A DNA stretch of 64,000 nucleotides from positions 96,001 through 160,000 of the forward strand of contig CAVQJC010000017.1 of assembly GCA_963712745.1 (NCBI GenBank), in the 5' to 3' direction. Below, piece by piece: positions 10,446-20,769 of the stretch. A program made the translations under genes and the position numbers. The stretch's first letter is position 1, and each line of letters opens with the position of its first letter. The notes under the pieces were generated by a model. The model searched no databases and was not told the origin of the DNA. It was given only the letters and a program-made list of their open reading frames with translations. The stretch comes from an uncultured Chloroflexia bacterium (GTDB taxonomy: Bacteria; Chloroflexota; Limnocylindria; Limnocylindrales; CSP1-4).

Positions 10446-11523
10446 TCATCGACTCGTCCTGCGCGACACCTCCTTCTGTGTTCTTGGGTCCTGGGTGGGT
10501 GGCGCGGCCGTCGACTGGCGGATCGATCAGCTCCGGCTCGAAGACGACCTGCGTCCGTTCGGGCAGGCGGCCCGCGACGAGGTCGAGCAGGATCCTGGTC
10601 GCCAACGTGGCCACATCGGAAAGGCTCTGGCGGACGGTGGTCAACGGTGGTGTCTGATACGGCGCCAGCTCGATGTTGTCGACGCCCACGACGGAGATGT
10701 CCTGGGGGATGCGCAACCCGGCTTCGCTGGCCGCGCGCATGGCGCCGATGGCCAGGCGGTCGTTGGAGGCGAAGACCGCGGTCGGCGCGGGGTCCCGCGA
10801 GAGCAGCCCGCGCATCGAGTCGTACCCGGACTCACAGCTCCAGGCGGCGTCGCCGACGGCGTGGGGGAGGGGCTCCAGGCCGCGGGCGCGGATCGCCTCG
10901 TGGAAGGACTCGAGGCGTTCGATCGAGAGGCGCAGGTCGAGCGGGCCGCAGATGTGGGCCAGCCGCTGGTGCCCAAGGTCGAGCAGGTGCTCCGCCACCA
11001 TCGTGCCGGTGCGGGTGTTGTCCAGGATGACCGAGGGGCCGTCGTAGCCGTTGGGAATGCGGTCGATGGCCACCACCGGGATATCCGCGTCTTGCAGCTC
11101 GCGCAGGCCGTGCAGCGTGTCGGTGGTAGTCACGAAGAGCATGCCGTCGACCCAGCGCTGGGCGGCGATGTGGAGGTACGTGCGCTCGCGCTCGGGATCG
11201 CTGTGGGTGTTGTAGAGGATGACGTTGTAGCCGGCCGCATGAGCGTGATCCTCGACCGCATCAGCCATGCGTGAGAAGAAGGGGTTGGTGATGTCGGCCA
11301 CCATCAGGCCGATGGTGTTGGTGGTGCCGGTGCGCAGGCTGCGCGCCACCGCCTGGGGTCGGTAGCCGAGCTCATCGATGGCGGCCAGGATGCGGTCGCG
11401 TGTCTCGGCGGAGACCACGGCTTTGTCGTTGACCACGACCGAGACCGTCTGCACCGACACTCCGGCCAGACGCGCGACATCCTTCATCGTCGGGCGCTGC
11501 GTCTTGCGGATCCCGGGTGCCAC
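10446..11523 (-). CDS. LacI-family regulator (C-terminal frameshift near 10524)
   Basis: TMKDVARLAGVSVQTVS HTH; removing one base restores the typical ELIIRQSTAAP ending with TGA at 10446. Confidence 0.9.
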
Positions 11524-11556
11524 GTGTCTCCCCCTGCACGCTGATGGCGCCCAGTC

Positions 11557-11611
11557 TGAACGTTCCTGTGAACGTTCATCTGAACGTTCAGATTGTCTCA
11601 CTGCCTGTCAA
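11557..11611 (-). promoter_or_regulatory. Triple LacI-type operator TGAACGTTC(A/C) with TTGACA -35
   Basis: Palindromes at 11557, 11569 and 11581 (12-bp period); TTGACA on the minus strand at 11606-11611. Confidence 0.8.
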
Positions 11612-11802
11612 GTCGGGATACGCGCGTGATCGCACGCTTGTGCTGCGTGGCGTATCGGGCCTGGTTCGTAGTTGAGGCTCATGGGCGTGCGGCTCATGCA
11701 CGAGTTCGACGCCGATGGCCGCGAGTCGGCCCCGGGTCAGCTCATGAGGCGCACCATCTTGTCCGCCCCGCTCGCCAGGTGCACGATGTTGGCAACGATC
11801 AT

Positions 11803-11917
11803 CACCGGGTGCACGGGTGGGTCCATGGCACCAGCGGGACGGTCACGCTCGTGCACCGGGTGCACGGGTGGGTCCATGGCACCAGCGGGACGGTCACGCT
11901 CGTGCACCGGGTGCACG
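11803..11917. repeat. 51-bp tandem repeat (about 2.3 copies) with hairpin CGTGCAC-CGG-GTGCACG
   Basis: Units start at 11803, 11854 and 11905 (partial). Confidence 0.95.
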
Positions 11918-12040
11918 CTGGTCCCGATCGAATGGACATGGACACGGCTGGACCCCGGACAGGTGCCGGGGTCCAGCCTGGAGATTGGCCGGCGCCTTGC
12001 GGACGTCCGGCCTCGCCCCCCTACGGGAGCTTGGTGGCCG

Positions 12041-13123
12041 CTATTCGGCAGCCGGGCAGGCGAAGGTGTTGCACACCTCCTGCGCGTTCTCCGGCGCGAC
12101 CGTGTCGAACGGCAGAACCAGCCACAGCGGCGGGTTCACGCCGTCGATGAGCAGCGAGCGGGCCCAGTCGATGGCCTGTTGGCCGCCGGTGGGATAGACG
12201 AAGGTGACGCCGAGCCGGCCGTCGAGGACGGACATGATGCCGCCGTCAGGCGTGGGCAGAGCGTCGATGCCGATGAAGAGGACCTTGGAGGCATCGATGC
12301 CCGCGTCCTGGGCGGCGATGTAGGCGCCCTCGGCCATGGGGTCGTTGTGCCCGTAGAGGACATCGATATCGGGATGTGCCTGGAAGGCAGCCGCCGCGGA
12401 TGGGACAGCCTTCTCGCGGAGCCAGTCGGCGTTCTGCGAGAAGACGATGTTCTCCTCGGAGAGGCCGCCCTCGACCAGACCCATGCGGAAACCGTCACCG
12501 CGGTCCTTGGCCGGGGGAGCGCCCTCGAGGCCACGGATCTCGGCGATCTTGCAGGCCTCGCGGCCATTGTCTGCACACCACTGCGCAGCGTAGGCGCCGG
12601 CGCCGGCACCGATGGCTACGTTGTCGGCACCGATGAACATGGAGTAGTTGGGGTCGACCAGGTTGCGGTCAAGCACGATGACCGGGACGCAGGCTTCCCA
12701 GGCTTCCTTGACGATGTCGTTCAGGGGAGCAGCTTCGTTGGGGGAGATGACCAGCAGGTCGATGCCCTGGATGAGCAGGTTCTCGACATCACTCACCTGG
12801 TCGGCGTTATCCTGAGCGGCGTCCTGGAAGACGACCTCGATCTCAGGATAGGCATCGGCCGCAGCGGCAAGCTGGCTGTCCATGGCCTCGCGCCAGGGCT
12901 CAGCACGGTTGGCCTGCGACATGCCGATCACGTACTTGTCCTTGGCTTCCGGCATGGGGCAGTCTGCCGGCAGCGGTCCGTCCGCGCGCGCATCTTCCTT
13001 GACCGTGCCGCCACCGAGTTGGTCGTCGGTGTAGGGAGCCCAACCATCTGCGGCCAGGGCCGCTGATACGGAGCCCACTGTCAGCGCTGCTGTCAGCGCG
13101 CCGACGAGGATCTTCTTGGTCAT
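12041..13123 (-). CDS. Sugar ABC substrate-binding protein
   Basis: Signal peptide MTKKILVGAL; GMSQANRAEPWR, GIDLLVISPNE, YGHNDPMAEGA; GAAAGGA SD. Confidence 0.92.
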   Translation of the reverse strand: MTKKILVGALTAALTVGSVSAALAADGWAPYTDDQLGGGTVKEDARADGPLPADCPMPEAKDKYVIGMSQANRAEPWREAMDSQLAAAADAYPEIEVVFQDAAQDNADQVSDVENLLIQGIDLLVISPNEAAPLNDIVKEAWEACVPVIVLDRNLVDPNYSMFIGADNVAIGAGAGAYAAQWCADNGREACKIAEIRGLEGAPPAKDRGDGFRMGLVEGGLSEENIVFSQNADWLREKAVPSAAAAFQAHPDIDVLYGHNDPMAEGAYIAAQDAGIDASKVLFIGIDALPTPDGGIMSVLDGRLGVTFVYPTGGQQAIDWARSLLIDGVNPPLWLVLPFDTVAPENAQEVCNTFACPAAE

Positions 13124-13297
13124 TCGATGAGTCCTTTCAGAGTACGTGATGACTGGACCTTGGCTTGGGCTTCCTTTCGCCAGACACCCACCTCCTCCTG
13201 CGACTTGCCCGAGTGCCATGCTCGAGTGGTCACTGCACCCGGGGCGTTCGCTCGTCTGATGACCGCAGACCGTCGATGACGTCCTCTTGTGTTCCTC

Positions 13298-14848
13298 CTA
13301 GTCCTCCGAGATGCGCGGGCGCATCTGGTTCAGCGCCACGGCGCCGATCACGATCAATCCCTTGATCACCAGCTGCGCGTTGCTGTTGACGTTGTTGAGG
13401 CTGAGCATGTTGTCGAGGATGCCCAGGATGAACGCTCCTGCGACGGCCCCGGCGATGGTGCCTCTGCCACCCATGAGGCTGGCGCCTCCGATGACGACTG
13501 CCGCGATGGCGTTGAGCTCGTAGCCCATGGCCTCGTTGGGGCTGCCCTGGTCGAGCTGGGCCGCGTGCACGATACCGGCCATGGCCGCGAAGAAGGAACA
13601 GAGCATGAAGGCCGTGATCTTGATGCGCGAGACGGCCAGGCCGGAGAGTCGTGCGGCCACCTGGTTACCGCCGATGGCATAGAGATACCGTCCCCACGCC
13701 GAGTAGCGCAGGACCAGGGCCATGATGATGGCCACCGAGAACATGATGATCGCCGGCACCGGGAAGACCCCTTCGATGCGCTGGCCGATGACCTCGAACA
13801 TGGGGTCTGCGCCGCCCTCTCCATAGGAGATGGGCACGGCTATGTCGTTGGACCAGATGTGCGCGATGCCGCGCGCGATGCTCAGCATGGCCAGCGTGGT
13901 GATGAAGGACGGGACCCGGAAGCGCTCCGAGGTCCAGCCGTTGAACCAGCCGATGGCCAGGCCCAGGGCCAGGATGATCGTGACCGCCGCATACGAGGGC
14001 ACCAGGTCGCGCATGAGCAGGTAGGCCACCCCGGTCGCGGTGAGGGCCACGACCGAGCCGACCGACAGGTCGATGCCGCCGATGATGATGACCAGCAGCA
14101 TGCCCACCGCGAGGATGCCCGTCTCCGACACGTCGCGGGCGACGTTGCTCAGGTTGCGCTGGTTGAGGAACAGGATGCTGTCATCCCGTGTTGGCGAGAA
14201 GACGATAGCCAGCACGATGACGATGAAGAGCCCGAAGAATGGCTGGAAGCGGAAGATGGTCGAGACAGCCCGGGCCACGCGCGGGTTGTCGAGCCACCGA
14301 CCGACCGTATCGCGCAGGCGGGCGATGAGGCCCTTCTCGGTCGACGCTGCCGGCATGGATGCGGTGGACTGCATGGCCAAGTACTGCAACACCAGGACGG
14401 CCGAGGCGAAGCAGGCCAGCCAGAAGCCGATCGCGGTGAACTGGAGCAGCTGCACGGGCGAATCGCTGTCGTCGAGGAAGTAGAGCACGAAGTAGGCGAA
14501 GGTGATGAGCCCGCCCAGGGGCACCAGGGCGGACTGCCAGCGCCACTGCCAGCGCTCACTGGTCTTCAGGAAGAACCCGATACCGGCCACGAAGGCCCCG
14601 AGCGGGACGAGCAGCAAGCGCCAGCGCGTGTCCCCGAAGTACGCGCTCAGCTCCCCGGAGAGCGGGGGCGAGCCCGAGACGAGCAGGTTGATGGCGGTCG
14701 TGTCGACGCCCTCTTCGCTCATCCATGGCAGTGCGAAGAACCCGATCAGCACGGCGATGATGCCGCCGAGGCAGATGACGTCGACGGGCGTCAGGCGACT
14801 CCAGCTCCAGCCCTCTGCCGGTGTCGCGTCCCTGGCCGCTCCGCTCAT
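13298..14848 (-). CDS. Sugar ABC permease with an extra N-terminal membrane domain
   Basis: C-terminal RbsC motifs (GGIDLSVGS, ELNAIAAVVIGGASLMGG); about 190-aa hydrophobic N-extension. Confidence 0.88.
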   Translation of the reverse strand: MSGAARDATPAEGWSWSRLTPVDVICLGGIIAVLIGFFALPWMSEEGVDTTAINLLVSGSPPLSGELSAYFGDTRWRLLLVPLGAFVAGIGFFLKTSERWQWRWQSALVPLGGLITFAYFVLYFLDDSDSPVQLLQFTAIGFWLACFASAVLVLQYLAMQSTASMPAASTEKGLIARLRDTVGRWLDNPRVARAVSTIFRFQPFFGLFIVIVLAIVFSPTRDDSILFLNQRNLSNVARDVSETGILAVGMLLVIIIGGIDLSVGSVVALTATGVAYLLMRDLVPSYAAVTIILALGLAIGWFNGWTSERFRVPSFITTLAMLSIARGIAHIWSNDIAVPISYGEGGADPMFEVIGQRIEGVFPVPAIIMFSVAIIMALVLRYSAWGRYLYAIGGNQVAARLSGLAVSRIKITAFMLCSFFAAMAGIVHAAQLDQGSPNEAMGYELNAIAAVVIGGASLMGGRGTIAGAVAGAFILGILDNMLSLNNVNSNAQLVIKGLIVIGAVALNQMRPRISED

Positions 14849-16467
14849 GGGTTCGAACCCTGCGGCTGAGCCCTGGCCGTGAGGCTGTCGCTGCGTTTGT
14901 CGCTGAAACGGGTCGCCGCCTCCATGATGGCCTCCTGGTCGAACGAGTCCCGCTGGAACTCACCGGTCAGTCTTCCGTTGCACAGTACGTAGATGCGGTC
15001 GCAAACGGCCAACAGCTCGGGCATCTCGCTCGACACGAGCAGGAAGGCAGCACCGTTCTGGGCGAGCTCGCCGACCAGGTGGTATATCTCGGCCTTGGCT
15101 CCGACGTCGATGCCGCGGGTAGGCTCGTCCAGCAGGAACAGCACGATCTCGGACAGCAGGAACTTGCCGATGACCACCTTCTGCTGGTTCCCACCGCTGA
15201 GGCTGGCCACCATCGTGTCGATGGTGGGGGTCTTGATGTTCAGGTCATCGACGATGCGGCTGACGGCGCGTTTCTCAGACCGTTCGCTGATGATGCGGAA
15301 CCGGTTCGTGAACTGGCGCAATGAGGCCAGCGTGGCGTTCTCGGTGACCGACCGCTCCAGGACCAGGCTTTGCAGCTTGCGGTCCTCGGCCACGAGGCCC
15401 ACGCTATGGCGGATGGCGTCCTGGGGCGAAGCGAAGACGACCCTCTGTCCGTTGAGTGAGATGGTCCCTTTCAGGCTGTCCGGGGAATAGACGCCGAAGA
15501 TGGCTTCCAGCAGCTGCGTGCGTCCCGCGCCCATCAACCCGGCGACCCCGACGATCTCCCCCTCGCATGCCGTCACCGACACATCGTCCAGTACGTGCGT
15601 GCGGCCCTGCATGTAGGTCAGGCCCTCGACCCGCAGGACCTCGCGGCCCAGCTCCACCGGCACCTTGGGATAGAGGACGTCCAGGTCGCGTCCGACCATC
15701 ATGCTGATGAGTCGCTTGCGAGGCACCTCTCGCGGACTCGCGGTCCCGATGGTGTGTCCATCTCGAAGCACGGTCACGACATCAGCGACGGCGTAGACCT
15801 CGTCAAGCCGATGTGAGATGTAGACGACGGCGACGCCATGCTCGCGCAGACCGCGGATGACGCCGAAGAGGTACTCGACCTCGCTGTCGCTGAGGGCCGA
15901 TGTGGGCTCATCCATGACGATGATGCGCGTGTCGAGACTGAGGGCTTTGGCGATCTCGACGAGCTGCTGTTGGGAGACTCTCAGGCGGTCGATCGTCTTG
16001 TTGGTGTCGATCTCGAGACCCAGTTGCGCCATCAGTTCCTCGGCCGAGTGGCGCATGGCGCGCCGGTCGACCGTGCCCAGTCGGGTCTTGATCTCTCGGC
16101 CCAGGAAGATGTTCTCGAACACCGAGAGCTCAGGGACCAGGTTCAGTTCCTGGTGGATCATGGCCACTCCGCTGTCGATGGCCTCGCGTGTGTTGCGGAA
16201 TGCGACAGGCTCCCCGTCCAGCAGCATGTCACCGTCGTACTCGGTGTAGATCCCGCTCATGATCTTCATGAGGGTGGACTTGCCGGCTCCGTTCTCGCCG
16301 ACCAGGCCGTGGACCTGTTCGATATGGATGTCGAACGAGACATCCTCGAGCGCGACCACGCCGGGGAAGCGCTTGGTGATGTGTCGCATCCGCAGGAGCG
16401 CGGGTCGCTCCTCGGCATCTGTCGGATCGCGGCCTTGATGACTGCTGGTAGGCGTGGCTCCAGCCAT
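14845..16467 (-). CDS. Sugar ABC ATP-binding protein (RbsA family)
   Basis: GENGAGKST, LSGGNQQK, DEPTRGIDVGAK; start trimmed to MAGAT. Confidence 0.93.
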   Translation of the reverse strand: MAGATPTSSHQGRDPTDAEERPALLRMRHITKRFPGVVALEDVSFDIHIEQVHGLVGENGAGKSTLMKIMSGIYTEYDGDMLLDGEPVAFRNTREAIDSGVAMIHQELNLVPELSVFENIFLGREIKTRLGTVDRRAMRHSAEELMAQLGLEIDTNKTIDRLRVSQQQLVEIAKALSLDTRIIVMDEPTSALSDSEVEYLFGVIRGLREHGVAVVYISHRLDEVYAVADVVTVLRDGHTIGTASPREVPRKRLISMMVGRDLDVLYPKVPVELGREVLRVEGLTYMQGRTHVLDDVSVTACEGEIVGVAGLMGAGRTQLLEAIFGVYSPDSLKGTISLNGQRVVFASPQDAIRHSVGLVAEDRKLQSLVLERSVTENATLASLRQFTNRFRIISERSEKRAVSRIVDDLNIKTPTIDTMVASLSGGNQQKVVIGKFLLSEIVLFLLDEPTRGIDVGAKAEIYHLVGELAQNGAAFLLVSSEMPELLAVCDRIYVLCNGRLTGEFQRDSFDQEAIMEAATRFSDKRSDSLTARAQPQGSNP

Positions 16468-16855
16468 CAGCGAGACGACGGGCCGTCGGCCTGCACAGTC
16501 GACCGGCCTGACGTGGGACTCGCCAGCCGGCCGGGTGCACCGACGGCCTCTGCGGCGACGATGCCCATGCCCCGATACTACTCCTCGCCAGACCTCGCTC
16601 GCACGTCTCCGCCGATGTCGTCCTGCGCCACCGGCTTGCCTACCGGAGGCGTCGATCGCCCCGCCCCCGGCCGGGCCAGGGGCGGGGATGCTGGTGTACG
16701 CGTGGCTGGCCGTCCGCGACATCCTGCTGGCGCCGGAGGTGGAGCCGCTGACCTGCGAAGCCCCGGCATGATCGACCAGCGCGCCGGTCCCCCGACTTGG
16801 GGCCGTCTGGACCTAGCGACTGCGCTCGTCGCCCTTGAGCCTGACGCTCGGGGCC

Positions 16856-19800
16856 ATGGTCGAAAGCATCCACGTCAACCTGCACACGCACACCTCGCAC
16901 AGCGACGGTGCGCTCACGCCCGGCGCGCTGGCCCAGCGTCTGGCCGATGCCGGCGTGCGCTACGCCTCGCTCTGCGACCACGACACGGTCGCGGGCTGGC
17001 CTGCGTTCCGGGACGCGTTGGATGCACACGACATCCCCGCCCTCCCCGGCATCGAGCTGACGACCGTCCACGGCGGACGGCTGCTCCACCTCGTGGCCTA
17101 CGGGTTCGACCCCGACCATCCCGAGCTCCGCTCGACGCTGGGCTCGATGCGCGAGCGCCGGAGCGCCCATGCGCACGGCCTCGAGGCATCGCTCCGCGCT
17201 GCCCACGATTACGCCGCGGCTGACCAGGCCGTCCTCAGTGCCGCTCCCGATGGCCAGCTCGAGGTCGGGGCTGCCATCGCCCTGCTCCATCGTGCCGGCG
17301 GCCACGCGTTTCTGGCACATCCACTGGTCTACGAGCGCGAGATCAGCCTGCTCGAGCCGCTGGTGCTGGAGCTCAAGGGACTGGGCCTCGACGGCATCGA
17401 GGCGGTGTACGACGAGTTCAGCCCGGACGAGCAGACGGCGCTGCGAGAGCTTGCCCACGAGCACGACCTGCTGGTCAGCGCCGGGACCGACTACCACGGG
17501 ATCAAGGGCCTGGGCAGCTCGGCGCTCGGCATCGACATGCCCGGCGAGGACTGGGATCGGTTCCGCGCGGCCATGTTCGATGGCCACGCCCTGACTTCGG
17601 GCCGGCACGCCTCGGCGTCGGCCTCCGCTACCGGCACCCCGGCGTCATCCCCCGCCGAGAGCGGCGCCGGTCCGGGGCACGTGAGCCGGCGGCCGTTCGT
17701 CCTGCGCGTGGTCCTGCCGGCGCTCGCCGCGCTGGCCCTCTTCCTGGTCGCGGTCTGGGGACTGCTGCTGCCGTCCTTCGAGCAGACGCTCGTCGATCGC
17801 AAGCGCGAGCTGATCCGCGAGCTCACCAACTCGGCCTGGAGCGTGCTGGCGGCCTACCACGCCGACGAACAGGCTGGGACGCTGACGCGCGAGGAGGCAC
17901 AGGCTGCGGCCGCCAGCGTGGTGTCCGAGCTGCGCTACGGCGAGGCAGGGCTCGACTACTTCTGGATCCAGGACACCACGCCCACGATGGTCCGCCATCC
18001 CTATCGATCCGACCTCGACGGTGAGGACCTCAGCGGCTTCAAGGACCCGCGCGGCGTGCCTATCTTCGTCGAGTTCGCCGAGCTGGTCGAAGCCGAGGAC
18101 GAGGGCTACGTCGACTACGTCTGGCAGTGGTTCGACGACCCCGAACGCCTCGAACCCAAGCAGTCGTACGTCAAGGGCTTCGAGCCCTGGGGCTGGATCA
18201 TCGGCACCGGGCTGTACGTGGACGATGTGCAGGCGGAGATCGATCGCATCGAACGCGACGTCATCTTCGCGGCCTTGGGCATCTCCGGGCTCATCGCGCT
18301 GCTGCTGCTGTTCGTGCTGCAGCAGAGCCTGCGCATCGAGCGTCGTCGCGAGGAGGGCGTGGAGCGGCTGCGCGCTTCGAACGCCCGCTACCAGGCCCTG
18401 GCTGAAGCCACCTCCGAGGGCACGCTGCTGGTCATCGACGGCCGACTCCGCTATGCCAACCCCACCCTCCTCGAGATGCTCGGCTACACCGCGCGGCAGC
18501 TGGAGTTCCTCGAGCTCGACGACGTCATGCCTCGTGGGCAGGGCAACGACGAGCTGTGGACGGTACTGGACACGGGTGGGCTCGAGTCGGAGCTCATGGG
18601 GGCGGCGCGCGAGGGCGTGCTCACGCGTTCCGACGGGGATCCAGTGGAATGCCTGCTGACGCTGGAGCCGGTCGAGTTCGGTGGCCGGGCCGGGAACATC
18701 CTGCTCGCTCGCGACATCACGGCCTCGGGGGGCGCTCCGCGTGAGATCACAGTGCTTGGTACGGCGGTCGGCGTGTTCCGGTCAGCGGTCGCCCGGCGCG
18801 CCGTGTTCGTCGAGCTCAGTCCGGCCGGACGCGAGCTGCTGGCCCTGGTCACGGCCGGGGAGGGAGGACAGCTGGCCCTGGCCGACTGTTTCGCCGACCC
18901 CGCCGAGTTCGGCCAGGTGTACCGCCGGCTGGTCGAGCTCGGAGAGGTGCGAGATCACGTCCTGACCGTCGACACCGCACGTGGAGCTCGCTCGGTCTTG
19001 CTATCGGCCGCGCTCCTGCGCGACGACGAGGGGGAACCTGCCTGGATCGACGGACTGCTCGTCGATGTCACCGCGGCGCGCGGGGAAGCGGCCGACCGCG
19101 AGGTCCAGCAGCTCCGCGCCTCGCTGCTGTTCCTGCACGAGACCATCGAGGACTTGGGACAGGAGCCGCTGGTGGTACCGATGGGCTCGAGCCTCGATGC
19201 CATGGCCGCCAGCATGACCGAGCGCGGGGCTACGGCCGCGCTGGTGGCGAGCGAGTCGGGCCCGGCCATCGGCATCGTCACCGACGCGGACATCCGTGCG
19301 CGCGTGGTGGCGGAGGGAGCCGACCCGCGGGCGCGCGTGGAGACCGTCATGACCGCGCCGCTCATCCGCGTGCCTTCCAGTGCGCCCGTGTACGACGCCC
19401 TGTCGCGCATGGAGCTGGCCGGTGTTCGTCACCTCGTGGTGGAGGATGCGACCGGGGCCATCGTGCGCGTCGTCGACAAGGACGCGCTCATCCGCTCGCC
19501 GCGGTACGCGCCGCTCGTGCTGCTCCGAGACATCGCCCGTGCCAGGGATGTCGAGGAGGTCGCCCGTCGCTGCGAGCGCACGGTCTCGGCCGCGGCCAGC
19601 CTCTCCCAAAGCAGCGCTCGGCCACGCCACGTGAACAGCATGCTGACCTCGGTCTTCGACGCGGCCACCGTGCGCCTGGTCGAGCTGGCCATCGACGCGC
19701 TCGGGCCCGCACCCGCGCCATTCGCCTTCGTCGCCTTCGGCAGCCAGGGCCGGGGAGAAGTGCACCTCTCCTCCGACCAGGACCACGGGCTCATCTACGG

Positions 19801-20542
19801 ACCCGCTGACGGAGACGACGAGGCTCAGGCCGGATACTTCCTGGGTCTTGGCGAGCGAGTGTCGGCCGGCCTGGCCGCGGCCGGCTACCCCTACTGTCGC
19901 GGAAGGGTCATGGCCTCTGAGGCGGCCTGGTGCCGGTCGTTGCCCGGCTGGATCGAGACCTACGACGCGTGGCTCCGTCAGGCCCAGCCCCAGGACATCA
20001 CCGACCTCTCGGTATTCCTCGACTTCCGCCTGGTGGTGGGCGATGCGGGGCTGGCGGGGGAGCTGCGCCGCCACGTGCATTCGACGCTGCCCGAACAGCG
20101 CGGAGTGCAGTACCTGCTGGCCCGCAACGCGCTCACCTTCCGTCCGCCGCTGCGCCTGCCGGGCAACATCTACCTCGGCGGTGCCTCCGAGTCGAGCGGA
20201 CGCTTCGAGCTCAAGGACGCGCTGCAACCGATCGTCGCCTTCGCGCGGGTCGCTGCCGAACGCCACCAGGTGGTCGCCACGCATACGCTCGAGCGCATCG
20301 CGGCCCTGGCCGAACGCGACCTGCTGCAGTCCGGCAGCCGGGAGGAGGTCACCGATGCGTACGACTTCCTCATGGGTCTCCGCCTGGAAGCACAGCTGGC
20401 CGATGTGCGCGCCGGGCGAGAGCCTGCGAGCGTGGTCGAGCTCGCCGGGCTGACCTCCATCCAGCGCGAGCTGTTGCGCCAGGCGTTCGGCGCCATCGGC
20501 GAGGTCCAGAAGACCGCCGAGCGAGAGTTCCCCGAGGCCTGA
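16856..20542 (+). CDS. Membrane sensor: PHP-TM-Cache-TM-PAS-PAS-like-CBS-DUF294 nucleotidyltransferase-DUF294_C
   Basis: NLHTHTSHSDG, CDHD, GIE, AHP and GTDYHG (PHP); LRYG..DYFWI..MVRHP..GYVDYVW..WGWIIGTGLY (Cache_2); GIVTDADIR (CBS); GSQGRGE..SDQD (NTase); FLDFR, LKD. Confidence 0.88.
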   Translation: MVESIHVNLHTHTSHSDGALTPGALAQRLADAGVRYASLCDHDTVAGWPAFRDALDAHDIPALPGIELTTVHGGRLLHLVAYGFDPDHPELRSTLGSMRERRSAHAHGLEASLRAAHDYAAADQAVLSAAPDGQLEVGAAIALLHRAGGHAFLAHPLVYEREISLLEPLVLELKGLGLDGIEAVYDEFSPDEQTALRELAHEHDLLVSAGTDYHGIKGLGSSALGIDMPGEDWDRFRAAMFDGHALTSGRHASASASATGTPASSPAESGAGPGHVSRRPFVLRVVLPALAALALFLVAVWGLLLPSFEQTLVDRKRELIRELTNSAWSVLAAYHADEQAGTLTREEAQAAAASVVSELRYGEAGLDYFWIQDTTPTMVRHPYRSDLDGEDLSGFKDPRGVPIFVEFAELVEAEDEGYVDYVWQWFDDPERLEPKQSYVKGFEPWGWIIGTGLYVDDVQAEIDRIERDVIFAALGISGLIALLLLFVLQQSLRIERRREEGVERLRASNARYQALAEATSEGTLLVIDGRLRYANPTLLEMLGYTARQLEFLELDDVMPRGQGNDELWTVLDTGGLESELMGAAREGVLTRSDGDPVECLLTLEPVEFGGRAGNILLARDITASGGAPREITVLGTAVGVFRSAVARRAVFVELSPAGRELLALVTAGEGGQLALADCFADPAEFGQVYRRLVELGEVRDHVLTVDTARGARSVLLSAALLRDDEGEPAWIDGLLVDVTAARGEAADREVQQLRASLLFLHETIEDLGQEPLVVPMGSSLDAMAASMTERGATAALVASESGPAIGIVTDADIRARVVAEGADPRARVETVMTAPLIRVPSSAPVYDALSRMELAGVRHLVVEDATGAIVRVVDKDALIRSPRYAPLVLLRDIARARDVEEVARRCERTVSAAASLSQSSARPRHVNSMLTSVFDAATVRLVELAIDALGPAPAPFAFVAFGSQGRGEVHLSSDQDHGLIYGPADGDDEAQAGYFLGLGERVSAGLAAAGYPYCRGRVMASEAAWCRSLPGWIETYDAWLRQAQPQDITDLSVFLDFRLVVGDAGLAGELRRHVHSTLPEQRGVQYLLARNALTFRPPLRLPGNIYLGGASESSGRFELKDALQPIVAFARVAAERHQVVATHTLERIAALAERDLLQSGSREEVTDAYDFLMGLRLEAQLADVRAGREPASVVELAGLTSIQRELLRQAFGAIGEVQKTAEREFPEA

Positions 20543-20769
20543 GGGGCCCGCCGGTCCTACGCTGGCTCGCGAGCGGCTCGCGGACGCTGGCGCCCAGGAC
20601 CGGCAAGTCAGACGAGCTGCGGATGGGCTCCTCGACCGGCCGCGACCGTGGCCTCAGCTCGGCATGGGCTAGAGTCAGGGAGTAGACGTGCTAGATCGGT
20701 GCCCCGCAGACGACCGACGCCAAGTCTGCGAGACGGAGTACGGCCGATCCCCCACAACACACGTCCCCG

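Noticed and set aside
7757-14869. Long antisense ORFs (e.g. 7757-9271, 11672-13066, 13289-14869)
   Set aside because: High-GC shadow frames of well-supported minus-strand genes; no motifs.
16688-16771. Small ORF MLVYAWLAVRDILLAPEVEPLTCEAPA
   Set aside because: Weak SD and no recognisable motif; cannot be supported.
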